Positions 13,746 through 26,271 are shown, counted from the stretch's first letter. The stretch is DNA of 64,000 nucleotides from Octopus bimaculoides (GCF_001194135.2 NC_068982.1:55597940-55661939); one strand, 5' to 3'. Translations and numbers: made by a program. Notes: generated from the sequence alone by a model not told the origin.

Positions 13746-14408
13746 AAACTGATAATTTTAATTCGTTTTAAATAAAAAGTTTGGGACCCTTATTTTGATA
13801 ATCTGAAGCCATTATATGTAATTATAATAAAGGCTTTCTCTATATGTATGTTAGCATGTGTATGTGCACACATGCATGCACAAATAGAGCCAATGACAAT
13901 GACCAACACATACCATTAACTCCATTTCCAATATCGACATGATTCTACTACCACCAACCCCCATACATCTATCATGTCTTCATACCTTGCACACTTTTCT
14001 TTTGATCTTCATAATGATTATAGTGGTTGTGTAGTAGTTTACTAGGAAATTTTGAAAACAATATCTAGTAGTTTAAATTTAAGAAATGGATAACAAACAG
14101 TTTCGGATTCATTAATTTGGGTAACGTTATCCAGGATTACAAATGACTTCTACAGTATTTTTTAACTTTATTAACAGAAGTAATTTTTAACAGAATTTGT
14201 TTTGAGTTATATAATTCTGCATGTATATTTTGAGTTACATAAATTTGCATATAAGCTGAATTATACCAATTTATTTGTAGATTGCAATAACATTAATGTT
14301 GTTTTCTTACCTTAACTTTTTTAAAGTAAAGGATGAAGAAAGAAAAACGTTTCTACCACTCTAGTACATATTCTGTACATACATCTCAAACATAGGATGT
14401 ACATTGAA

Positions 14409-14448
<40 letters not shown>

Positions 14449-14537
14449 AATTATAATAAAGGGTAAACTCATTAATAATTTTACTAGGTGGTCAGTGTGG
14501 AAATAAAAACCTCATAGGTAAATTTTACAAAATATTT

Positions 14538-15014
14538 TATAATTATAACAAGGGATTGGCTTTACACCTCACCACACACTGTAGAAATAGACATCAAATG
14601 CCCTATTAACACCTCAAAATCTCCTGATCGAAACTGTATTAAGTGCGGCCTAGATCTTGACACACTATACATGGGTATAAAAGAAAGATGTGAATTCTAC
14701 TTTGCAATATATTTCTACAAGTGGGGATGGATATTGCTTATGCGATGTCGCAGCTTGCATGCATATTTTGAAATACTCATAAATTTATGCTATGGAATAT
14801 CGTCGCTGATGAGAGCAGTAGGTAATATTTCTTTACTTTAAGCTCGAAACAGGATTTTGTATGCAGTTAACCGAAAAGTTGTTGATTCATTATTTTTCTT
14901 TTGCTCGCTTACAATATAGTGTTATTGTCGGAGATTTTTAGGTGGTAATAGGGCATTTGACATCTATTTCTACAGTGTGTGGTGAGGCGTAAAGCCAATC
15001 CCTTGTTATAATTA
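14538..15014. repeat. Inverted-repeat element with about 85-bp arms and a hammerhead-like motif in the spacer
   Basis: Arms 14538-14624 and 14930-15014 are near-perfect reverse complements. CTGATGA-GAGC...GCTC-GAAAC...GTA at 14806-14861. Confidence 0.85.
14800..14866 (+). ncRNA. Candidate minimal type I hammerhead ribozyme (Penelope/retrozyme-like), possibly degenerate
   Basis: Core CUGAUGA 14806-12; stem II GAGC/GCUC with G10.1-C11.1; GAAA 14846-49; self-complementary stem III ACAGGA/UUUUGU; cleavage triplet GUA 14859-61; stem I only 2 bp. Confidence 0.55.
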
Positions 15015-15056
15015 TGTATATGATTATAAAATATTTTATACATATATACATCTAAT

Positions 15057-15685
15057 AGATAAGGCAATTAAGGACATGAAGACAGGGAAAGCCCAGGGCT
15101 ATCAGGAATCACTGCCAAGACAATTAAAATTTCCGGTGGCTAGGATACAGCTTAGTCACCCATATAGTTAATCAGGTTAATCAGGAAGGCACCATCCCCA
15201 ATGAATAGTGTAGTAGTAGTATAGTTAGATGCTACAAGAGTAAAGGCGATGTCTTAGATAGAAACAACTACAGAGGCATTAACTTGCTAGACCAAGTCAG
15301 GAAAGTTACTGAGCTAATTGGTTAGAAATAGAATTAAACTAGATAAGATGCAGTTTGGTTTTGTACCAAGGAAAAGTGCCACAGATGCCATCTTCCTAGT
15401 GAGTCAACTGCAGTAAAAGTACTAGGCCAAAAGCAAGCCATTGTACTTAGCCTTTGTCAACCTGGAGAAAGTTTTCAACAGGGTTCCCCACTCTGTTATA
15501 TGGTGGTGGTCTCAGGAAGTTATGAGTAGAGGAGTGGCTTGTTAGAGCTGTACAAGCTATGTACAGTGGTGCTGTGAAAAAGATGAGAGTCGGCCATGAA
15601 TACAGAGATGAATTTAGCATACAGGTACAGGTTCACCAGGGCTCAGTTCTCAGCTCACTCTTATTCATTATAGTCCTCCAGGCCC
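15057..15685 (+). mobile_element. RTE LINE reverse transcriptase fragment
   Basis: KAIKDMKTGKA...MQFGFVPRKSATDAIFLVSQLQ*KY...YLAFVNLEKVFNRVP...VHQGSVLS; homologous to 42440-42990. Confidence 0.9.
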
Positions 15686-15719
15686 CTCTCAAAACAGATT
15701 TTTCTTTTTGTTTTGCAAG

Positions 15720-16026
15720 TACTTGGTGACCCTGTCAATGCAGGTGCCACTTAAAAGCACCCAGTCCTCACTGTAAAGGGTTGGTGTTTGGGAGGGAATC
15801 CAGCTGTAAAAACCTTGCCAAAACTGACCTCGCTTATGCTTGTGCTACGTAAAAAGCACAAAGTCAACTCTGCTGAGTGGTTGGCTATAAGAAGGGCATT
15901 TAGCCGTAAAAATCCCGCCAAAACAGTTACAGAAGCCTGGTGCAGGCTTCTGCCTGGATGGCTCTTGTCAAACCGTCCCACTCATGCCAACATGGAAGGT
16001 GGACGTTAAACGATGATGATGATGAT
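15720..16026 (+). mobile_element. RTE LINE 3' tail copy
   Basis: AGAAGGGCATTTAGCCGTAAAA...CATGCCAACATGGAAGGTGGACGTTAAACGATGATGAT. Confidence 0.8.
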
Positions 16027-16040
16027 ATATATAGATCAAA

Positions 16041-16166
16041 AAAGTTTGATTCAGAATCCTTGGTACTCTGAGTTTCAAACACATGGCCTTCAGCCATCAG
16101 AGTGTGTTGCTGAAGACAAGCCGTGTGCTTGACACTCAGAGTACCAAGGGTTCTGAATCAAACTGT
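16041..16166. repeat. Fold-back of two head-to-head degenerate hammerhead-like units
   Basis: 16044-16073 is the reverse complement of 16134-16163 with one mismatch. Each half carries CTGAAG(A/G)...GA(A/C)AC-TCAGA-GTA-CCA. Confidence 0.75.
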
Positions 16167-16458
16167 TTTTATCAATACATGTAATGCCCAATAAATGTGT
16201 TGTGTGCCTTCTTTCATTTGTCTACTCATTTGTGTATAAATATATATATAAAAACACATTTTACAATAAAATTGTTTAGTAGATTTGGATATAAATTTTC
16301 ATAAAATCATTTAAAAACTTATTGACAATTTATGAAATATTACTTTCTCTCTCTTACACACAGATTGTTTTACCTGTGGGTGCACAAGGCAATACTCAGT
16401 AGCAAGAGATTGACTTGACCAAAATATATATATATATATATATATANNNNNNNNNNTG

Positions 16459-16491
<33 letters not shown>

Positions 16492-16497
<6 letters not shown>

Positions 16498-16748
16498 GCA
16501 TGGAAAGCGTTTATAAGCCATTTAAGAAACACACAAAAACTGTTAGATTCACTTCAACATTTAAATTGAATTTGACAAAATATTTTCGTTGCTTTGAGAC
16601 CACGACTTGTTCACTGACAAAATTCCAGTGAACAGGTTGTGGTTGCAAAGCGACAAAAATATTTTGGCAAATTAAATTTAAATCTTGAAGTGAATCAAAC
16701 AGTTTCTGTGTTTCCTAAATGGCTTATAAACACCTTCCACGCTGCAAT
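16492..16748. repeat. Long fold-back (palindromic) element, about 124-bp arms, 9-nt loop
   Basis: 16492-16616 pairs with 16626-16748 around the loop ACAAAATTC. Confidence 0.9.
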
Positions 16749-17911
16749 TGTTTTCGTTCCAGAACACGATCTCAGATCAGGTCACTTGCTATGCAAGTAC
16801 ACCACCGTAAAATATATATATTGCAATTCAGAAACTGCTAAATAGAAGGAGAGTCGGTGGCATGTCATATAAGTTTAATTGCCATGTGGCAATTAAACTT
16901 TGTGACATTTCACAAACTCTCTAATTGTTGCTGACACAGACATTCACCAGTTTTTTTGGATTCTGGAATTTACACTTGGTTAAACAGGTTTACATAATTA
17001 TCATTAGCAAACTTATCCTATTTTTAGCTTTCCCAAACCTATTGATCTGATTTGACTTGTTGCAAAGGTCCAAAAAGACACAAATTCCTTGGGTTGAAAT
17101 GTGAATGAATATAAACAAAAATGATTAACAATAAAAGCCATGGAAAAAGGATGAAGCCAATGTTACAAGTAACCTTAAACTTGTGTAAAGGCAGATAGAT
17201 GGGTTTTTCTATTACTATTATTAAATTCATCTAACATAATTTAATATATATCTATAGAAATAACTAGTTATTAGTCATTTATGGCTGATTTATGTTGATA
17301 CCAACTTTCCAAATCACCATTACAATGTAGTAATTAATAATAATAATCATCATCATCATCATCCCTAAATATTTACTTCTGAAGTGATAAATTTACCTTA
17401 TGAATTTTTTTTATAATTATTTTTCATGAGCGATAGAACTCTTAAGATTAGTTACCTGGTGTCCATGGCATTTAAACTTAAGATTACATTCCACACGAAT
17501 GGGATGTCAGTCCATTACAAGGTCCAAGGCCAGCAATTCTGAGGGGAGGGGAGAAGTTGAATATATCAACCCTAGCACTTGACTAGTACATTATTTTATT
17601 GACCCGAAGGCTTGAAAAGTAATGCTGACCTCAACAGGATTTGAACACAGAACATCAAGAGCCAAAAGAAATGCTATTAAGTATTTTGATGTGCTAACAA
17701 TTCTGCCATCTTGCTGCCATATATCTTATGCAGTAGCTTACACAAATATTCTGGTTAGCATTTAAAACAGGTGTAGGTCATAAATTTCAATGATTTCCAA
17801 GCTCAGCATTTAAAAATGGTTATACATCGCAAGGAGTGTTTATAAGTGGTAAGTAATGCACGACTGATTGGCTCTTTACACACCTCACTATGTTCTGTTA
17901 ATTAATTTTAA

Positions 17912-17917
<6 letters not shown>

Positions 17918-17950
<33 letters not shown>
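17918..17950 (+). repeat. Poly(A) run
   Basis: More than 30 consecutive A. Confidence 0.95.
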
Positions 17951-17954
<4 letters not shown>

Positions 17955-18384
17955 GTTATGGTAAATAAAGTTATATTAAAATCATTATCAAAATTCACTT
18001 TTTAAAATGTTAAATAGAAATAGTTGGTGAGTTATATATAAACCCAAGATATCTGCAAATAATGTAAACAAAAGAATATAATTTATAAAATACAAAGCAA
18101 ATTTATTTAAATTCCTAAGTAATCATTTTGACATGTTAATCTTTTTAAACTTCTAAAAATAAAAAGAGAAAACTAGGTCTGTTCAAAGAAAAATCTATGT
18201 CTTACATGAATATAGTATAGATTTCAGAGCATATAACGTGAACATTGAAATAATTGTACAGGGTATGTTCAACTATGATAGCGTATATCAGTATGGTATC
18301 AAAATTTTCAAGTGTGAAAAATTCCCTAAATGTTTTAACTTTGTTCCAGTACCCATTAACAATGTGCAATTGAGATCTTTTATC

Positions 18385-18705
18385 TTTTTACATGTTTCAT
18401 TCGTTAGACTGCAGCCATGCTGGAGCACTGCCTTGTAGAATTTTTAATCAAATGAATTGACCCCACTACTGACTTTTTTTAAAACTTGGTACTTATTCTA
18501 TTGGTTTCTTTTGCTGAACTGCTATGATGAGAATGTAAACACACCAACACAACAGGCTTCTTTCAGTTTCCACCCACCAAATCCACTCACAAGGATTTGG
18601 TCAGCCCAAGGCTATAGTAGAAGACACTTGTCCAAGGTGCCATGCAGTGAGACTGAACCTGGAACCATGTAGTTGGGAAGCAAGCTTCTTACCACACAGC
18701 CACAC
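18385..18705 (-). mobile_element. SINE family A (tRNA-derived, CORE-like CCTTGGGCAAGT motif)
   Basis: Homologous to 26505-26865 and 31252-31640. Confidence 0.85.
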
Positions 18706-18879
18706 TGTAGAATAAAGGAAAACAAAGCTTTGCTTATAGTACTCAAAATCCAATGCCTTATCAGCTTAAGCTATTTAGTTTCTTTGAAAGTATACCAGCC
18801 TAGTGAACCCTATTAGTTATTAGTTTAGCCATGATTTAATCTTACCAATCAATCTTAAGAATACTTGGTCTTAAATACT

Positions 18880-19240
18880 TATTTACAATGCAGAACAGTG
18901 ATGTTTTCTTCTGTTAGAGGGGAAATTAGGTTCTCCACAGGTTGGCAAAGGCATTCGGTTTTTCTGTTTATCTTTAAGCTCAACTGTTGTGCAACTCTGG
19001 CAAAGTTATCTACCAGTTTCTGTATATCTTCAGTATTGTTGGTAACCAGTGCACGTCTCAGCTTTGTACTGTACAGCATTGAACAGATCAGCATCAGCTA
19101 CATATGTTTAGCGCTGTGGGCAACTGGTGCACTATCATCAGCAAACAGCATCTCCTGCATTAGGACCCTCGCAATGCTTGTCTTGGCTTTATACCGTACA
19201 GCATTAAGCAGATCAGCATCATACAGCATCTGGATGTAAA
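18880..19240 (-). mobile_element. RTE (BovB/RTE-1-like) RT fragment, distinct from the dominant RTE family
   Basis: IYIQMLYDADLLNAVRYKAKTSIARVLMQEMLFADDSA...EDIQKLVDNFARVAQQLSLKINRKTECLCQP (FADD motif). Confidence 0.8.
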
Positions 19241-20089
19241 TCCTCCTTGAACAAAAGTTATGTATTTCATAATTAGAAGTATGTTTCTCCTACTTTTAAG
19301 AGAGAGAAAAACTTAGCACTTTCACTCAACAGGTTTTTGGGAGGGTAAACAAAATATGTAGCTAGCTGCTAAGGCCAAGTGCAAGCACTGCTATGCAATT
19401 TGGTGAAAAACTATGAAGTTCTTAGTGAACTGAGGTAACAACCCTCATTTCATTTTCATATAAGACCAATTCCTTTCAGACACATTTCTAATGTTTTGTG
19501 GGAAAGAAAGGCATGAATATCATGACTTCTTATACTTTTTCTTAAAATGTTAAGTTTCAATTTTACTTATTACATCAATTTCATAAGAAACAAGACTGGG
19601 AAGTTAATATGCTAGATTACATTAATTTAAACTTTGCTAACAGTTATTGGAAACTTGCTAAATTAGGCACATTACCATTTGCTTCATTCTGGTCAATGGC
19701 AAATTTCACTTCTATAGCTGAGTAGCTAGTGAAATAGCATGCAGTTTATAAACACTTGCACCAAAAGCTATTCCACTTGTGCTAGCATGAGAAAGAAAGT
19801 TATTGTAATAAAGCAACAGAAAAACACGTTGAACAATAAAAACTGCTTAGATTTAATTGGAATTATATGATAATTATATATTTCAAGAGATGTGAATACT
19901 AGGATTGAGACATGAATACTAAGATTTCCATTTCTTCTCACTGAAAACTTTTTCGCAATATAATATTTGTATGCCCCCTTACTTTTCCTTGCCAACAGAC
20001 ATTATTAGAAGGAAAACATTTAACTAACTATAAATACTGGGATTAAAACTTTTTTCTAATAATATTAAAAGTATTAGCGGTTTGGAAAA

Positions 20090-20215
20090 AAGAGTTCGAT
20101 GGAGTAAGTACTATGCTTAAGAAATAAGTCGTAGGGTCGATTTGTTCGACTAAAAAAACCCTTCAACGTGGTGCTCCAGCATGGCTGCAGTCAAATGACT
20201 GAAACAAGTACAAGA
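20090..20215 (+). mobile_element. SINE family A 3' tail
   Basis: GGGTCGATTTGTTCGACTAAAA...GGTGCTCCAGCATGGCTGCAGTCAAATGACTGAAACAAGTA. Confidence 0.8.
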
Positions 20216-21699
20216 ATCAACTATTTATTTATTCAATACTTTCAGAATTAGCAAGTTCTGTAAATTCAAATATTTAAAGCAACTGCTTTAAATATTTTTA
20301 ATATGAATCCTTCAAATGCAATGTAATAGCGATACCTATTTTTCAGCTGTGTAAAGTATTTTGCACAAGAGTAACCGAGTCAGGGCAGGACTGGTAGAGT
20401 AAACAATATTTACTAGTGCTCATTGAAATCTCAACACGATATAGTTTGCCCTTTTAACCCCGGAAAGGGTCAAAGTACGAATAATGTGAGATCATTCAAC
20501 CGAGTCCATCCCTTTACAAAATTTAGTCTTGTACCAAAACAAATTTGTCAATGTCTCTGTTTGCATTCATTTAAAAGGGACTTAGCGTACATTTAGCTAA
20601 ATATTTGAAAAGGAATTTTGTTTTTTCTTAGCATAAGCCTTTTATTCCAGGGTGAGCTCAAAGAACGGGAAGTTATATAGTTTGCGTTACCGGAGGAGTA
20701 TATTAGTGAAGTGAAAATAGTTTCAAGAGAGTACCAAAAGCGTAGTTCTTGCACAGGCATGGAATTAGACATGTTTGAGGAAAGTACGTTGATGAAATGG
20801 GTCTAATTCAATCCTACCATACTTCCAACGTAGAAAAATGGACGTAAAATGGCGATGAACTGTTACAATGTTGCAAGTAGAAAACCATGTAAAATGTATT
20901 ATGTGCCGCAGAACGAAAATGTGAAGAAAAAAAAAAGCAGTTGTTTCACACAACAAAACTACTTTTAGAAAATCCAAGTGTGCAATGAAATAAATAATTC
21001 CTTGCGTTGTTCAAAATCAGTGAGATTATATTATTATCGTATACAATGTTTATGTTCACAACATATAGGCTATCATTGTTTCGACTCTGCTAAATATATA
21101 AAACCTCTAAGAGAAAATACACAAAACATAAACGAGAAATTATGTATGGGAAATCAAAATATTAATAGGATCACGTATTTTGTATATTTGTCAACACTTT
21201 TGTTTTAACCAAGACATTCCGATGTCGTTTACCTGCTTAGAATAAGATGGAATTCATCAACCATTTTCGAATCGCTTTTAAAGTTCAGCCCCTGCAAAGC
21301 CGTACGAATAAGAATGTTTGCTAATAAGAATCCTTGAATTCAATCTAAGCTCAAGAATGTAGTTCAAAGCTACACTGGGGTGCTTCAAGTGTTATATAGA
21401 GCGCACATACAATGCTTTTTTGTATGTTAAAATATTAGGAAATAATAAGGTAAAAATTAAGTCTAAAATGAGAATAAAACAGTTGACACTATAATTAGGA
21501 CAGCAAAATCATTAACAATAATTATGTGTATAGTTATATTTATAAATGCGAGTGTGTATGTATGTATATATATATATACGTGTGTGTGTGTTGACAAGAA
21601 AGGGATTCTCTCTTCGTGTGTACGAGGTGCGATATTGCTTGGTAGTGCGAAGGCTGGAACATAAAGAAACGAACTTGATCCACTGGATCTAATGTTAAG

Positions 21700-22018
21700 A
21701 GTGCATCGATGACCGAGCACATATGAGCTGATAGAAAAACTGGGTATAAAGGGAATCGGATGTAATACGCAAAAGTGAGGACTGCACTGGTTTGGACGTA
21801 TGCGTATGGAAGATAACAGTTGACTTTAGAAATGTCAAGCGACCGAAAAGGAAGGGGGGCTGCAAATGAGGGGAATAACGGGGGAAAATATGGGCAGGAG
21901 TAGTGAAAGCAGATTTCAGGGTGTTGAACCTTACGAAGATGATTAGAAACCTCGACTGGCAGAAAGAGACCGGCCAACTCATGCATGCGTGGAAAACGGA
22001 CGTAAAATGATGATGACA
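21700..22018 (+). mobile_element. Heavily deleted RTE remnant (ORF2 end plus tail)
   Basis: ELIEKLGIKGIGCNTQK*GLHWFGRMRME followed by GGAAAACGGACGTAAAATGATGATG tail. Confidence 0.6.
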
Positions 22019-22641
22019 TAATGAGGTCGCCAAAAGTGATCGGAGAATATATATATAGAAATGTAATTATAAGTACCATAATTAGGTCGCTCAGCTTCTA
22101 CTTCCTATTTCAGAAAATATTAATTCTTAATTCCGATCGGAGACATTGAAGTAGGAGAGAGTGAATGTGGAGAGTCGCAAAAATAAAATTTTAATGAAAC
22201 GGTGTCTATTGTAAATACGAAATTGAAAGACTACTGTTTTTTTTTCTTTAAATCATGAGCTAGAACGGTATAACTTGACGCACGTAGTTTATTGATAAAC
22301 AAAATGTAAATTAATAAAGGTATGTAGTAGAGATTCGAGCATCCAATTAGAGAGTGGTTGAAATAACCACTTTAGGTTTTAATGCCGTTTTGAAAATTAG
22401 AAAAAAACAAAATGATGATGATTATTATTATTACCTTATAAATCAAAAAAATTACAGTGCATTAATATACCATAGAGGCAAAAGTAAACCAAGTTTTTTT
22501 TTGTATATTTGCATAATTAAGTACAAACAGATGCGCACAACAGAAAAAAGGAGGGGGTCTCAAGAATCAGTTGTTTAAAGTATTTCTTCGTTCACAATAA
22601 ATGACTATATTTTAAAAGGGTTCGAATTACACATTATATAC

Positions 22642-22680
<39 letters not shown>

Positions 22681-22690
22681 NNNNNNNNNN

Positions 22691-22729
<39 letters not shown>

Positions 22730-24234
22730 CATATAAAAACGTTCTGTTAATTCACTTAAACTAAATATCATCCATTGACTATATATAAATTGATTTTATT
22801 AATGAAGCTGATTTCTTTTTTTTTTTAATACGAAACTCACTCATATTTTTAAGAAAATTCGAAATTATAAGACTGAAATCTTAACAGATCCATTAATATG
22901 CTTATCATACGTTCGAACAGACAATTGATCCTAACAGATCAATGTTATTGATTTTTTAATAAGGAATGAATTTTCTTGTCAAAATTTACATCGTAAAATT
23001 CTATAAAACAAGAACACGAAGCAATTTTCTGCATCGGATAGCTCCTTCTAACCAAGTAATGAAACAATCCGAGTTATTTCCTATTTAAATATTACATACA
23101 CCAAAAGTCTAATTAATTTGCTTTAAGCCAGATATTAAAATAAAAACGAAAAAATGTTTAAATACACCAGGTAAAACATTTTCTTGACAAATTATATCAT
23201 TTTTATAAAGATATACAACACAGGGTTTGTAGGACAAACACTGTGACAAGCTGATGGCTATATTATGTTCAGCTGTCCAACAATAACAAAACTGAGAGCT
23301 ATCTCACAAAGGATCAATTATTTAACAAAATTTATATTTAAATAATGGATATATAATATACATAAACCTAAACAACTACATGTATATTTTTTATTAAAAT
23401 AATTTTTTTAAAATTCTACATTAATTCAACATGTTTTATTTTTAAATTTCCAACGGAAAACGATATTAAATGAAATATGGGTCCAGATGGACTATATGTA
23501 ATCTGAACCTTTCCCCCCTTATTTTTATTTTTTATTTTTTTACGGAATCCCACGTTTTAGGCTATGGAGATTCCGATTCTGAAAAAAAAATTTCAAAAAT
23601 CTCAAATTCAAAATTTCTGGACCGAAATATGTAACAAACGAAAAAGCGCTTTTAAGTTTGCGCTTCAGATTTCATGCAAACAGAAATTCTGGTCTTATCA
23701 GCTGGATTAGAAGAGTAAAATAAGGGATAAATGAAATACAAATAAATCAAACCATTGGCAGAAACGATCTATATAAATGGATCAGTATATATATTAAGAG
23801 ATTGTGTGAAATTATATATAAGTCTGTGTAAAGGATCGACCAGTTGTAAAAATGTTAGTTAATAAGTGAACCCCCATTTTGTAGTCACATCTACTTATAA
23901 CAATAGTAGCAAATTGAATGTTTAAGAATTGAAATGATATATATATATATATATGCGTGTATATTGAATAAATGTAAAGAATTGTAATGGACGTCGCTAG
24001 AATATATGAGAATTAATAAAAGAAAAAAGGTTTGCTACGACAGGAAAGCCGGGGGAAAAAATCGAAGCACTGAGACGATGGCCAAGTAGTGAACGGGAGC
24101 CATGATAATATAAGTAGTATAGGATTTCTTTACTTTTGAGAAACTATCCATTATTAAGAGTTTAAAGAAATAAATGAACCTATGTGAAATCAATAACAGA
24201 TAGTAGTAAACATAAATAAAACAAGTACTCTTAC

Positions 24235-24560
24235 AGCGATGCAATTTAAACAAAGTTTCAATGAATCGTTGTATTTGTATATTTCTAGTACTGAAATCTG
24301 ACAACAGGAATAAATCTAGATAAGGGCCACAAACTCAGGGATCAATTTATCATTACTTTACTATAATAATGTGATCCCCCAATTTAGAATCAAAATGAAC
24401 GTAGTGTTACGAATAGAGTCAATGTTTTAAGTTTCTTCTTGTGTTTATTTTAATTTTGGGGAAATTCTCTACTTACAGTCTTTTTTTTTTTTTTCTTCTC
24501 ACGTTAAACCAGGTAGTAACCGATGAACGTGCGATGCCTTATTAGAAATTTCAAATAAGA
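24235..24560 (-). other. Candidate first two exons (probably 5' UTR) of a leftward-transcribed gene
   Basis: On the minus strand: GTAAGT donor (plus 24471-76), 179-nt intron, TTTATTCCTGTTGTCAG acceptor, 63-nt exon 24235-24297, GTAAGA donor. The upstream boundary is a guess. Confidence 0.3.
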
Positions 24561-24860
24561 CAAAACCGAACAGCTGCGCTTCAGAATCGGTAAGATTTAG
24601 AAAAATAACGTATTTCAATTTTTCGAAGGCAACCAATCAGATCACGGCTTAGGCATATCTGTCGTCTGCATAAAAGAAAAAACATGAATAGTTTTATAAA
24701 TAAAAAATTATTTTCCGCAGAAGAAATCACTGTGAAATTCAAATTAAAAACTAAAACAATGGTTTGAACATAAAAATAAAATAATAAAAATATTATTATT
24801 CCTTCGGGCGAAGCTCGTCGTTAAACAGTTACAATGGCGGCTTTGACGAATCAGTTTGTG
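24480..24860. promoter_or_regulatory. Putative promoter/TSS region
   Basis: CpG-retaining unique sequence, NF-Y-type AACCAATCAG at 24631-40, ACAATGGCGGC (YY1-like or strong start context) at 24831-41. Confidence 0.4.
24834..24853 (+). CDS. Candidate first coding exon (MAALTN..) of an unidentified rightward gene
   Basis: ATGGCGGCT start context followed by a possible GTTTGT donor; unspliced it stops after 14 codons. Confidence 0.2.
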
Positions 24861-26271
24861 TATAAACATTTGATTTAGGTGAAAACCTCTTATTTAATAA
24901 AATTACTACGTTTAGATAAATTTTAACCTTGTAAAATATTAATTTAATCCATATCTCTAACTTTCGAAAGATGTGGAAAACATAAATTGCGTACAGAAGA
25001 ATTTGTCGTGCGATTAACATGTTTTGATTCCAGTTCGTTTCGGTCCCAATTGTTAATTAGTAGTGAGATCGTGGGTGTCTTTTTTTGTTAGGAATTTCAT
25101 CTACCTTTAACATTAAATTTTCATTCTCAATTTAAAATATTTATTCTACCGTCTTTTATCTCCACATTCTCAAGAAACGCGACAGAAAAATAAATTATTC
25201 TGAGTCATTTTCGGCATTTAGGATTTGACATTTTCATTTATACAAGAATAAATGTAAGACATGTACATCTAATAAAGAGATGTACATTTCATCAGTACAT
25301 TTTATCAGATACCATGTGAAAAGGAATTCTAAGACATACCTATTATTTCAACGCTGTTAAAATTGCCGTTTTTTTTTTTTTGGTTTTTAGTTTTTTGGGG
25401 GTGGGGGCAGCAATATTTCAGTAAAATCAAGTTATTTTGAAATTTAGATATTCAACCTTTACTCAAAATTATATTATTGATGCTAAAATTATATTTTCAA
25501 TCGACTCATCATAATCTCCCAATCTCTCTCTCTTATTATCAGTCATTTATCTTTTTCTATATCTTATAACTATTAACTCCCCCGCCCCTAATTCCCTGTG
25601 ATCTCTGTCTCACATCACATCACATCTATTTCTATTGTCTCTGTTTTATCTATTCCGCCTCTGCTAACAATTGTTCTCTCCCAAACTCTCATTTTTATAC
25701 TCACTCCCTTTCTCCACACACACACACATACATTTTCTTATATTCTATCTTTCTCGTGCTTTTGGTAAATCGATGATTCTATATGATCTGCTTTTACCTC
25801 CTTAACTTTCTCTCTCTCCCCCTCTCTTTCTAGCAGTCACTAACTTTTTCTCCTTTTTATTTCTCACATATCCTCGCTCAACTTGCTAAATACAACAACC
25901 GTATTTCCCTCAAATTACACCCTACTGTCTAAAGCAATAATAGTAATGCTTTTATTAATACAAATACACATTGGGGGGGGGGGGTTGTTCAATATTCACT
26001 ATGCGAGAAAAAATTCGGATAGTCATGAACGGCATGCCTATTGGTTAGAGCTACCTTTTCACTAAACAATTTCTTACTTTTAATAATTTTCTGACACTCT
26101 TTTTCTCATTCATTCATTCATTCGTTCATTCATATCATACTTGCTTCATTCACTTTCATTATGGTATGATTAAAGCGGAATACTGAACTGGATATGTTTC
26201 AGTATCCCCAGTTTGTTATCTCACTGATCCAAGTTCTAATCCCACCAGAGGAAAAAAATCTAGTATAAATT

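Noticed and set aside
16570-16670. Hammerhead in the long fold-back (GTCG..CGAC-GAAA)
   Set aside because: A stem II and GAAA are present but there is no CUGANGA core (CAGTGAACAG instead) and no proper cleavage triplet.
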